From Desulfatiglandales bacterium (GTDB lineage: Bacteria > Desulfobacterota > DSM-4660 > Desulfatiglandales > Desulfatiglandaceae): 64,000 bases of DNA. A program made the position numbers and the translations under genes. The DNA lies in the NCBI GenBank assembly GCA_963662465.1, contig OY759599.1, forward strand, positions 3,360,001-3,424,000. Direction: 5' to 3'. The notes under the pieces were generated by a model. That model saw only the letters and a list, made by a program, of their open reading frames with translations. It made no database searches and had not been told where the DNA came from. Shown in pieces: positions 31,848-40,648 of this stretch; the stretch's first letter is position 1; each line of letters begins with the position of its first letter.

Positions 31848-32224
31848 TTCTGTGTGATACCAACATCCTCATCGAATTTTACAAGGGTCGCCAACAGGTA
31901 CTTGAAACACTGAAACACATCGGCCAATCGAACCTGGCCATAAGTGTCATCACACAAGCTGAGCTGTATTTTGGCGCTTTAAACAAATCAGAGCTCAAAA
32001 TGATCCGAGATCATCTTTCGGCCATTTCCCGGATACCGCTGGATATTGCCGTATCCAACAAATTCCTCCTCCTGATGGAAACATATTCCCTAAGCCACAA
32101 ATTGAGTCTTCCAGATGCGATGATTGCCGCGACAGCCCTCGTTCATTCCATGCCGTTGTACACCTTTAATACCAGGGACTTTCGGTTCATCGCAGAGTTA
32201 CAGCTTTACCAACCCATCGTTTGA
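31844..32224 (+). CDS. vapC: VapC-family PIN-domain toxin
   Basis: ILCDTNILIE, AELYFGA, PDAMIAATAL, NTRDFRFI. Confidence 0.9.
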   Translation: MILCDTNILIEFYKGRQQVLETLKHIGQSNLAISVITQAELYFGALNKSELKMIRDHLSAISRIPLDIAVSNKFLLLMETYSLSHKLSLPDAMIAATALVHSMPLYTFNTRDFRFIAELQLYQPIV

Positions 32225-32245
32225 GCCGTAACGGACGTCATTCAT

Positions 32246-32392
32246 ATGAAATCCACCACCTGCGATATCCTGATCATCGGCGCCGGCCCTGCCGGGTCTT
32301 CCGCCGCCATTTCCGCAGCCAAGAATGGCCTGGATGTACTCAAGGAAGATAGAAATCGCATACGACGTCAAATGGGAATGGCGACAGTCTAA
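32246..32392 (+). pseudogene. N-terminal remnant of an FAD-dependent oxidoreductase (geranylgeranyl reductase-like)
   Basis: MKSTTCDILIIGAGPAGSSAAISAAKNGLDVL, stopping after 48 codons. Confidence 0.7.
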
Positions 32393-32456
32393 TTGAATTT
32401 TATTTTTCGTTGTGATAGAGTTGACCGCAAATGGCAACCATAACCGGAGGAAAAAA

Positions 32457-32939
32457 ATGAAAATAATTAAAATCTGGATTATAGCGCTTTGTTTCTCCAT
32501 TTTGATGGTGGGCGGATTTCAAAATCGTTTTGCCTGCGCCGGCACAATGGACTTGATTTCCACCCTGGTAGACGCTCTGGGGATCACCGAAAAGCAGGCG
32601 GAAGGCGGCGCCGGCGCACTGTTTAAAAACGCCAAGGAAAACCTTAGTCAGGAAGACTTCAACAAAGTATCCGACGCAGTCCCCAAGGTGGATGACTATA
32701 TGGCCCAGGCCCCTTCTACCGATTCAGGGAGCGGCGCCGGCGGTCTTCTGAGCAGTGGATTATCATCACTGGGAGGCAGCGCAGGAAAAATCGGCGGCAT
32801 GGCCGGTTTAGCGGACGCCTTTTCGAAACTCGGCATGAACACTGAAACCATGACCCAATTTATACCGGTTGTCGTTAAATTCATGGATTCCGAAGCCGGA
32901 AGCAGTGTCGCGGGATTGTTAAAAGGGCTATGGCAATAA
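32457..32939 (+). CDS. Exported DUF2780-like protein
   Basis: Signal peptide, QAEGGAGALF, AFSKLGM, FIPVV. Confidence 0.75.
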   Translation: MKIIKIWIIALCFSILMVGGFQNRFACAGTMDLISTLVDALGITEKQAEGGAGALFKNAKENLSQEDFNKVSDAVPKVDDYMAQAPSTDSGSGAGGLLSSGLSSLGGSAGKIGGMAGLADAFSKLGMNTETMTQFIPVVVKFMDSEAGSSVAGLLKGLWQ

Positions 32940-33051
32940 AAAGTCTGAAACGCCTGCCTTGACGCCACCCGGCTTTTGATGATATTCTTTGGGCCTCATA
33001 CAATAAAAAGACAATAGAGAATGGAATAATATCATTGTAAATGGGGTTTTT

Positions 33052-33447
33052 ATGGAAAAGGTCCTGAGCATTACCGGTCGAATCGAAGACAAGAAACGGC
33101 AAAAACAGATAGAATCCAATCGGGACAAGTTTGATGCGGTTCAGAGAATGCTTCAATGCGGATCATGCCGTTTCAAGTGCGCCATGTGCGGACGTCATGC
33201 TGAAAATCCCACATCTTCGGATTCACAAGAAATGCCCTACTCCGAGTTCACGTTATGTGAAAGCTGTAACGCGGAATTTGAAGATTATATGAAAATCGCT
33301 GAAAAAAAGGGTACGCCGCACGATATTTTCTGGCACAACAGGGAATGGGTTGAGATGTGGTCCTCTTGGGTAAAATACCGGCGCTCCCTCAGTAAATTCA
33401 GATCTTCATTCCACTTTGAGCAGTTGCCCGGCAACGAAAGTGAGTAG
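33052..33447 (+). CDS. Hypothetical Cys-rich (Zn-binding) protein
   Basis: CGSC..KCAMC and LCESC motifs, FWHN.EW. Confidence 0.65.
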   Translation: MEKVLSITGRIEDKKRQKQIESNRDKFDAVQRMLQCGSCRFKCAMCGRHAENPTSSDSQEMPYSEFTLCESCNAEFEDYMKIAEKKGTPHDIFWHNREWVEMWSSWVKYRRSLSKFRSSFHFEQLPGNESE

Positions 33448-33596
33448 CAACCGACCCTTGGCATTTCAAATCGCAAACCGGGGAATGCTATCTTAATTTT
33501 CTGAGCCAATCGCCTTGGCTGTTTTGTGATCGACATAAAACAATTCATCTAATAGAGAATCCATGCTATGGATTCTCTCATACTGGAGGTAACCCG

Positions 33597-33791
33597 ATGT
33601 TTGGAATAGGCATGCCGGAATTGATTATCATTTTAATCATCATCTTGGTGATTTTCGGGGCTGGAAAATTGCCTGAAATTGGAAGCGGCATCGGAAAAGG
33701 GATCAAAAATTTCAAAAAAGCCACCCATGAAGCCAAAAATGAGATTGAAGAACCCAAAGAAAACGAGAAAAAATCTGAGGATGAAGCCTAG
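33597..33791 (+). CDS. tatA: Twin-arginine translocase TatA/E subunit
   Basis: [32 protein letters not shown]. Confidence 0.95.
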   Translation: MFGIGMPELIIILIIILVIFGAGKLPEIGSGIGKGIKNFKKATHEAKNEIEEPKENEKKSEDEA

Positions 33792-33962
33792 TCGCATTGA
33801 TCAACCATACAATTCTCCAAGATCCAGGCTAAGCGTCTTTTCGTTAACTTCGGTCTTGAGATCCCTCACCGATTCGATCATAATAGATTTAAAATCAGAA
33901 AGAAAAGGGGTAGAAATGCGCCGGCGCGTTTTTTTTGGCTCTCACCGGATTGGAGGGAAAAA

Positions 33963-35138
33963 ATGAAATGGGTCAAAAAGGAAGATAATCAGAGAGTCCC
34001 CATAAAATCATGGTGCGACCCTATTGAGGAGGGAGCGCTGCAACAAGCTTTAAATCTTTCAAGGCATCCTTCAGTTTTCAAGCATGTCGCGTTGATGCCG
34101 GATTGTCATCGAGGCTATGGGATGCCTATAGGGGGCGTTATCGCTTGCAAAATGGCTATCATTCCAAATGCTGTAGGGGTTGATATTGGGTGTGGGATGT
34201 GCGCCATAAAGACGGATTTTCCCGTTGGAGATATTACAGAAGAAGCCATAAAGAAAATCATGGGGCAAGTCCGCGAAAAAGTACCTGTTGGTTTCAGCCA
34301 CAACGAAGAAAATCAAGAGTGGAATGGTTTTGATAATGCCCCCGACATCTCTATTGTTCAGCAACAGCTACTTTCCGCAAGAAAGCAACTCGGCACCCTT
34401 GGAGGAGGCAACCATTTCATTGAGATCCAAAAAGGCGATGATGGTTTTGTATGGCTGATGGTTCATTCCGGATCAAGGAATTTTGGTTATAAAATTGCCA
34501 ATAAGTACCACACCAAAGCATTAATCCTCTGTGAAAGGTGGTTTTCCGATATCCCAGACAAAGAACTTGCTTTTTTACCGATTGAGTCACCGGAAGCAAA
34601 AGAATATTTTGAGTGCATGAATTTTGCTCTTGAGTTTGCAAAGGAGAATCGGCAAAGAATCATGGACCATTTCAAGGACGCTGTTCAGAATGTCCTTGGA
34701 TGCCTGTTTTTAGGGGAGCAAGCCAATATCCATCATAATTACGCGGCATGGGAAAACCATTTCAAACAGAACGTAATAATCCACAGAAAAGGCGCCACAA
34801 GCGCTAGAAAAGGACAGATTGGCATTATTCCCGGTTCAATGGGTACTCCGTCCTATATCGTTAAAGGATTGGGAAACCCCGAGTCGTTCCACAGTTGCTC
34901 TCATGGGGCTGGACGAAAAATGGGAAGAATGGAAGCCTCAAGAATCTTAAGCAGGGAAGAATGCGACAAGGCCATGGATGGGATCGTGTTTGGTCGATGG
35001 GGGCAGAACCGAAAAGGCAACCTGGATTTTGGGGAAGCGCCGCAAGCTTACAAAGATATTGAGGACGTAATCCGGTCTGAGCTTGATCTGATTACGCCTA
35101 TTGTAAAACTTCACCCCCTGGGTGTGATAAAAGGGTAA
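33963..35138 (+). CDS. rtcB: RtcB-family RNA ligase
   Basis: MPDCH.GYGMPIGG, GVDIGCG, GTLGGGNHFIE, HSGSR, HHN, HRKGA, IPGSMG, SHGAGR, AYKDI. Confidence 0.93.
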   Translation: MKWVKKEDNQRVPIKSWCDPIEEGALQQALNLSRHPSVFKHVALMPDCHRGYGMPIGGVIACKMAIIPNAVGVDIGCGMCAIKTDFPVGDITEEAIKKIMGQVREKVPVGFSHNEENQEWNGFDNAPDISIVQQQLLSARKQLGTLGGGNHFIEIQKGDDGFVWLMVHSGSRNFGYKIANKYHTKALILCERWFSDIPDKELAFLPIESPEAKEYFECMNFALEFAKENRQRIMDHFKDAVQNVLGCLFLGEQANIHHNYAAWENHFKQNVIIHRKGATSARKGQIGIIPGSMGTPSYIVKGLGNPESFHSCSHGAGRKMGRMEASRILSREECDKAMDGIVFGRWGQNRKGNLDFGEAPQAYKDIEDVIRSELDLITPIVKLHPLGVIKG

Positions 35139-35253
35139 TAACGCTCCCTTTTAGTCCTCTCGACAGGAGAAGGCGCGTTTGTTTCAGAGCCAGGCCGGAA
35201 CAGATGCAAGATCGAGAAGGAGCAGAAGGCATAACGCCATGGTGAATCTTTGA

Positions 35254-35822
35254 CTAAACAACCACCGTCTTGAAGACGGTGGGTTTAAAATCGCGGACTG
35301 AAAGTCCAGCAAGACCGGCTTTTGCCGGTAAATTATTCGATATCGAAACGATCGTTTGGGTCTTTTTCAAAATGGTGCTCAAGATAATCTTGAATCATGT
35401 CCTTGGTAAGCTCGCCAGACGTGACACAGAAATACCCCCGCGCCCAGAAATGCTTACCCCAGTATCGTTTCTTCAGGTGTGGGAATTCCTCAAAAATCTT
35501 ACGCGATGCCCTACCCTTCACCCTTCGCATAATGTCAGAAGGGGATATATTTGGTGGTGCGGAGACAAGAATATGCACATGATCTTTGCTGACAACACCG
35601 CGCAATATGCGAATTTCAAAACGTTCACAGGTTTGTCGCACGAGTTCCCGAACTCTAAGGGCAACGTCGCCCTGTAAAACGTGATAACGGTATTTCGTTA
35701 CCCAAACAAAATGATATTCAATCTTGTAGCGAGTGTGGCTTCCTTGACGATATTCCATGCCAAGTATTATAAGCCAGCTGCTAGCAAAATGCTACCCGCC
35801 TGAAAGGCGGGGGTTTTAACCT
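35254..35822 (-). mobile_element. IS200/IS605-family insertion sequence (tnpA only)
   Basis: Subterminal hairpins CCACCGTCTTGAAGACGGTGG and CCCGCCTGAAAGGCGGG flank a Y1 transposase; ends approximate. Confidence 0.85.
35333..35758 (-). CDS. tnpA: IS200/IS605 HUH (Y1) transposase
   Basis: YHFVWVTKYR, DHVHIL, KGRAS, FWARGYF, catalytic Y in QDYLEH. Confidence 0.95.
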   Translation of the reverse strand: MEYRQGSHTRYKIEYHFVWVTKYRYHVLQGDVALRVRELVRQTCERFEIRILRGVVSKDHVHILVSAPPNISPSDIMRRVKGRASRKIFEEFPHLKKRYWGKHFWARGYFCVTSGELTKDMIQDYLEHHFEKDPNDRFDIE

Positions 35823-35879
35823 TGAACAGAAACAATAAACGAATTGTGGATCATCTTCATGGCATCAGCAAGGTATTTT

Positions 35880-36034
35880 GGCTCATCGTGGATTCGCGTG
35901 AGATTTGGCTTCTGAGCCGATTGTAGGTGCGACTTCAGTCGCACATTAAGCCGACCCTGTGCGACTGAAGTCGCACCTACAACCCGAACCGAAACAATCT
36001 CAAAGCGCGATTTCACGTTAATCCGCGATGAACC
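35880..36034 (-). mobile_element. 155-bp MITE with REP doublet, copy 2
   Basis: 8-bp target duplication GGTATTTT on both sides. Confidence 0.92.
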
Positions 36035-36135
36035 GGTATTTTTTCATATTGCGGGCCTTATCATAACGGGAAACTTGCAAAAAATGGAATAGGGACGGCA
36101 AATAATACCTAGAAATCAACGGTTTTTTTGCCAAT

Positions 36136-37290
36136 TCAACTGAACCCATGCCATTGGCCTGGAACCAGATCCCGGAGGAACTGCTCACAGGGAAGGCAGA
36201 GGATGTCATTGATTAAAAGCCGTTCATTGCCGCGATAGAGGAGGAGCGCCCGTGCCTCTGGATAATCTGCTCTAAATGCACTTAAACCTTTGAGCATTTT
36301 GCTGTTAATCCCGGCGGAATTCTTAACCTCAATGGCCTGAAAGGTATCTTGACCGTAGAGGACAAAATCGACCTCAACCCCTGATTTTGTCCGCCAATAA
36401 TAGAGATTGCAATTGTTGTTGCCGTATGCGATCCAGGCTCTCAGGTGCTGGGCAACAAGGCCTTCGAGTCCGGCGCCGTCAATTTCATGGGGACTGTCCA
36501 GGGGGCCTGTGGGTCGTACGGACCGAAAGATGCCGCTATCAAAATAATAAAATTTAGGATGAGAAATCAGGCGCCGTTTGGCCCGTCTGGAAAAAACCGG
36601 TAACTGGAAGGACAATAGCAGATCATCGAGTACAGCAAGATAGTTATCCACGGTTTTTCGTTTGACCTGGCATTCCCTTGCCACTTCAGAGACATTCAAG
36701 ATGCTGCCATGGGAAAAGCTGACAGCCTCCAAAAAGCGGCTGAACGCACCGATATTCCGCACGATTCCTTCCATCTGCACTTCTTCCTTCAGATAGAGAG
36801 CGACATACGAGGCAAGCGTTTCACGGGGATCAGGAGAACTGGTGATCAAGGGCACCAGCCCGATCTGGAGGCTTTCCGCCAAGGAGAAGGATGCCCCAAG
36901 TTCAGCAGCCATAAAAGGGTGCATTGTTTTGACCAGCGCCCGACCGGCTAAAAGGTCGACCCCGGTTCTTTTCAGTTTCCGGGCGCTGGATCCGGTTAAA
37001 ATAAAACGGCGCCCTGCCCCCTCTTCAATAAGTTCATGCACCACATCAAGAAGCTCAGGGATTTTCTGAACCTCATCGATAATAATGGTTTTACGCTTTG
37101 ATCCTCTGGTTACCTCACGCAACCGTTCCGGCCTTGCCGAATATGTTCTGAAAACCTCAGGGGCCAGGAGATCAATCAGCTCGGCGTCTGAATAATGGCG
37201 CTTTAGCCAGGTTGATTTCCCCGTGCCTCTGGGTCCGAAGAGAAAAAAACTTTGTCGGGGTGCCTGGAAAAAACGATCCGTTGTTTCCAT
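36136..37290 (-). CDS. AAA ATPase with DUF4143 C-terminus
   Basis: GPRGTGKST, IIIDEVQK, LTGSSARKL, KFYYFDSG, YYWRT..EVDF..EVK. Confidence 0.9.
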   Translation of the reverse strand: METTDRFFQAPRQSFFLFGPRGTGKSTWLKRHYSDAELIDLLAPEVFRTYSARPERLREVTRGSKRKTIIIDEVQKIPELLDVVHELIEEGAGRRFILTGSSARKLKRTGVDLLAGRALVKTMHPFMAAELGASFSLAESLQIGLVPLITSSPDPRETLASYVALYLKEEVQMEGIVRNIGAFSRFLEAVSFSHGSILNVSEVARECQVKRKTVDNYLAVLDDLLLSFQLPVFSRRAKRRLISHPKFYYFDSGIFRSVRPTGPLDSPHEIDGAGLEGLVAQHLRAWIAYGNNNCNLYYWRTKSGVEVDFVLYGQDTFQAIEVKNSAGINSKMLKGLSAFRADYPEARALLLYRGNERLLINDILCLPCEQFLRDLVPGQWHGFS

Positions 37291-37441
37291 TTATGCCTCC
37301 TTTTTTGCATCTTAAATGCAAAATATCACATGTTTGAGGCGCGTGCAAGGAACAACCATCAAAAAGGATTAGAAAATTCTGTCCTCGGTGGCCCAGACGG
37401 GAACCCTCTAAAAGAAGAAAACGGGAACGTCTTATCCCCCC

Positions 37442-40400
37442 TTATTCAGGATCCGCCCATCGGATTGTCCACGTAGTTCCCCCGTCTCTGTTGACCTGCC
37501 AGGCGCCTTCCAGCTGCCCCTCGATTAACTCGGTAACGAGCTGCAAGCCAAGGGTATCGGCAGCGCCCGGATTAAGATCCGGGCTCAGACCGATCCCATT
37601 GTCGGCCACCGTCGCGACGATGTCATCATTTGCTTCGTGTACGACTTCAATCCGGATCTCTCCGCCGGTGCCCGACGGAAAAGCGTATTTCAGGGAATTG
37701 GTCAACAATTCGTTCATGATCAACCCGAAGGGGATCGCCTGATCGATTCCCACAATCGCCGTTTCAGCATGGATGTGAATATCGATTCCGCCGGCCGGCG
37801 CTGAGAAGGCCTGAAAAATATGACCCACCAGCCTTTCCAGATACGATTGCAGTTGAATCTCCCGGAGGTTTTCCGATTGATATAAAATCTCATGCACAAG
37901 AGCCATGGACTGCACGCGGCTATGGGCATCCAGAAAAGCGTCCGTAACCTCCTTGCCGGTGATCTTTGACGATTGAAGGCTCAGAAGGCTTGACATCACC
38001 TGCATGTTGTTTTTGACCCGGTGATGAATCTCTTTCAACAGGACTTCCTTTTCCCTCAGGGCGGCTTGCGTACGTTCTTCCGAACATTTGATGTCCGTGA
38101 TGTCCACGCGAAAGCCAACGGTGCTGCCGTCCTCGGTTTTTCGTTCGGCGATTTTGATCCACCGCCCATCTTTCAACCGCTGGTCAACGCTGCCGGCAGG
38201 CAGGCGATGTTGGGCCATTTGATCGACAACCCATTCTTCCTCTTTTCCCACGGCATCGGGATATTGCCCTCTCATGGCCCCTTCGCGGACAACATCCTCA
38301 AACCGAGCCCCCGGCACCAGGAGATCTTTAGTGTCTTGGTAGATCTCCGCAAATTTTGCATTGAACAGGACCAAACGGTCCTGGTCGTCGTAGATGACGA
38401 AACCCTCATCGATCGCATCGATGGCGGCCAGAAGGCGTTCCTCGCTCTTTTTCCCGGCGGCTTCCATCTCCAGTCGCTCGGTAATGTCCCTGGAAATGCC
38501 GAATACCGCTTCCTTGTTATTCCAGAACCCCAGAGAAACCTTGGTCTCCACGGGGATCAGACGACCATCGGCCGTCAGCAGCGGAACGGGACAGTGGGTA
38601 GCGGTTCCTTCCAGCATATCTTTTACAATCCGGGCCGCCTCTTTCCGTCGATCAGGGGGGTGTACCGCCAGAACATCCATGGCCAGAAGTTGTTTTGGCG
38701 AATAACCCAGGCGCTTTTCCACGACGGGATTGAACCCCACAATCCGCCCGGACGAATCCAGCACGAACAGAAAGTCATCCAGGTTTTCGAACAGGGCGCT
38801 GAGGTTCTGTTGGCTGGCCTTCAAGGCCTGATCCGCCTTGATTCTGGCCAGTGCGCCCGCAGTCTGAGAAGCGATGTTTTCGAGGGAATATCGGGAGAAT
38901 CGCGAAAACGATTCGTGGGTCTTGGACCCGGCATTCAAAACGGCGATCACCCGGCCCTCATGTTTGACCGGCATCACGCCAAGGGCAAGGAGTCCGCTTT
39001 CCCGCCTGGACTCCGCCCCAACAGGATCATTTACCAGGGCATCCACCAATTTGGCGTAAGACGTAAAGACAGGCTCTCCCTTGGCGATCATCCGGGCATG
39101 GCGGGACTGGCCCTCAAAATAGCGGGTCATCTCTGTGAATTCGGCGGGGAGGCCCTGGTGGACAGTCAGATTAACGGCGCCGTCTTCGGAATCGACCAAA
39201 TAGATGCCCCCACAATCAATTTCCGGCACCTTGATCATCGCGTCCAAACAAACCCTCAAAGCCGCCTCAAGACCGCCGATGGCGCCTAAAGCCACACCGA
39301 GATCCCTTTGAATGGACAACAACCGCTCCATGTGCTTTTTATCGGTAATATCCTCGACCAGTACAACAAACCGTCCTTCTTCTTGTTCCCCACCCATGGG
39401 TGCATATTGGATCGCGCAGTCGAAGACTGAACCGTCCTTGCGACGCCATTGGGTTTCCAGTCCGGCAACCCTTTGCCGACGCAACATCTCCGTTATCTCC
39501 AAATCGGCCTTTTCGCCTGTTTCCTCATGCGCATAGAGGATCCGCGGGGACTTTCCCAGCAGTTCTTCCGGAGCATATCCGGTGATCCGGGTCATGGCCT
39601 CATTGTGCCAATTCACCACCTTGCCGCGCAACACCCCGATCCCGACAGGGGACGCAGTTAAAATGGTGCGCAGGGCAGCTTCGGACCGGGTCAGTTCTTT
39701 GGTCCGACCGGCCACCGTTTTTCTCAGCTGCAGGTTCCAGAACCAAACCAGCAGGATCATCACAACCATCCCTGCCAGCATGCCCATGAGCTGGACCCTG
39801 TATTTAACCAGAAAGGACTCCCGCAGGGATATTTGGACACCCAGCCACTTGCGTTGAATACGGTCCAGGACGCCACGCTTGCGGGTTATCGCAATCCCTT
39901 TGTTGAGAATGGACCGGAGAATGCGGTTCCCCTCTTTGACGGCCATACAGTTCCGACCCATATAAAGCGGTTCCCCCACCTTTTTGATACGCTTGATCAG
40001 CCCATCTGAATAGGCATGATACAAAACGATCTGTTCATCGCCGATAACGGCATCGGCCTTGCCGGATGCCACCAGGTCTACGGCTTCAGCAAAATTGGCG
40101 GTCTCAACCACATTAAAAGAGATGCCGCTGGATTGCAGGAACTCCAGGGCATAATCCCCCTTCTGCATGGCAATGGCTTTGCCGTTCAGATCCTCGACGC
40201 CCTTGATGTCCGGCCTGTCGGCCGCCACGAAAATGGACGCGGGCACATCAAACATCGTATCCGTAAAATCAAACTGCCGGTCTCGCTTCTCACTGTGGAA
40301 AAGGCTGGTCAAAACATCGGCTTCTCCAGACAAAATCGCCTGCTGAGCCTCATTTAAAAAGGTGTCGGTAAATCGTGCCTTGAATCCAAATTCCGTGGCC

Positions 40401-40648
40401 ATCCACCTGGCCAACTCAATACACATGCCAGTGTGGTCGCCATTTTTCTCAACAAACTCGAAGGGGGGATAGACCGTCTGGCTCACAAAAACAATTTCCC
40501 CTTTGTTTTTCAGGTAGCGCTTTTCTTCTTCCGTGAGCGTTTCACCGCACAAGCCCCGAGGGAGAAAAATCGCCAACAACAGGATCGATACCGTCAAGCA
40601 TGCGAAATAAAATTTTATCGGTTTCATGGGAACGTCGTATCGCATCAT
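37442..40648 (-). CDS. Sensor histidine kinase (SBP3-TM-PAS-GAF-PAS-PAS-HisKA_2-HATPase)
   Basis: YPPFEF periplasmic domain; LLKEIHHRVKNNMQ; NELLTNSLKYAF; DNGIG. Confidence 0.9.
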   Translation of the reverse strand: MMRYDVPMKPIKFYFACLTVSILLLAIFLPRGLCGETLTEEEKRYLKNKGEIVFVSQTVYPPFEFVEKNGDHTGMCIELARWMATEFGFKARFTDTFLNEAQQAILSGEADVLTSLFHSEKRDRQFDFTDTMFDVPASIFVAADRPDIKGVEDLNGKAIAMQKGDYALEFLQSSGISFNVVETANFAEAVDLVASGKADAVIGDEQIVLYHAYSDGLIKRIKKVGEPLYMGRNCMAVKEGNRILRSILNKGIAITRKRGVLDRIQRKWLGVQISLRESFLVKYRVQLMGMLAGMVVMILLVWFWNLQLRKTVAGRTKELTRSEAALRTILTASPVGIGVLRGKVVNWHNEAMTRITGYAPEELLGKSPRILYAHEETGEKADLEITEMLRRQRVAGLETQWRRKDGSVFDCAIQYAPMGGEQEEGRFVVLVEDITDKKHMERLLSIQRDLGVALGAIGGLEAALRVCLDAMIKVPEIDCGGIYLVDSEDGAVNLTVHQGLPAEFTEMTRYFEGQSRHARMIAKGEPVFTSYAKLVDALVNDPVGAESRRESGLLALGVMPVKHEGRVIAVLNAGSKTHESFSRFSRYSLENIASQTAGALARIKADQALKASQQNLSALFENLDDFLFVLDSSGRIVGFNPVVEKRLGYSPKQLLAMDVLAVHPPDRRKEAARIVKDMLEGTATHCPVPLLTADGRLIPVETKVSLGFWNNKEAVFGISRDITERLEMEAAGKKSEERLLAAIDAIDEGFVIYDDQDRLVLFNAKFAEIYQDTKDLLVPGARFEDVVREGAMRGQYPDAVGKEEEWVVDQMAQHRLPAGSVDQRLKDGRWIKIAERKTEDGSTVGFRVDITDIKCSEERTQAALREKEVLLKEIHHRVKNNMQVMSSLLSLQSSKITGKEVTDAFLDAHSRVQSMALVHEILYQSENLREIQLQSYLERLVGHIFQAFSAPAGGIDIHIHAETAIVGIDQAIPFGLIMNELLTNSLKYAFPSGTGGEIRIEVVHEANDDIVATVADNGIGLSPDLNPGAADTLGLQLVTELIEGQLEGAWQVNRDGGTTWTIRWADPE

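Noticed and set aside
35254..35822. IS200 element as an RNA-guided (TnpB/IscB) system
   Set aside because: Only tnpA lies between the two end hairpins; there is no room for a nuclease gene.
38021..39289. Long antisense ORFs (38021-39289, 42460-43380, 51585-52589 and others)
   Set aside because: They are shadows of well-supported genes on the opposite strand and have no recognisable motifs.
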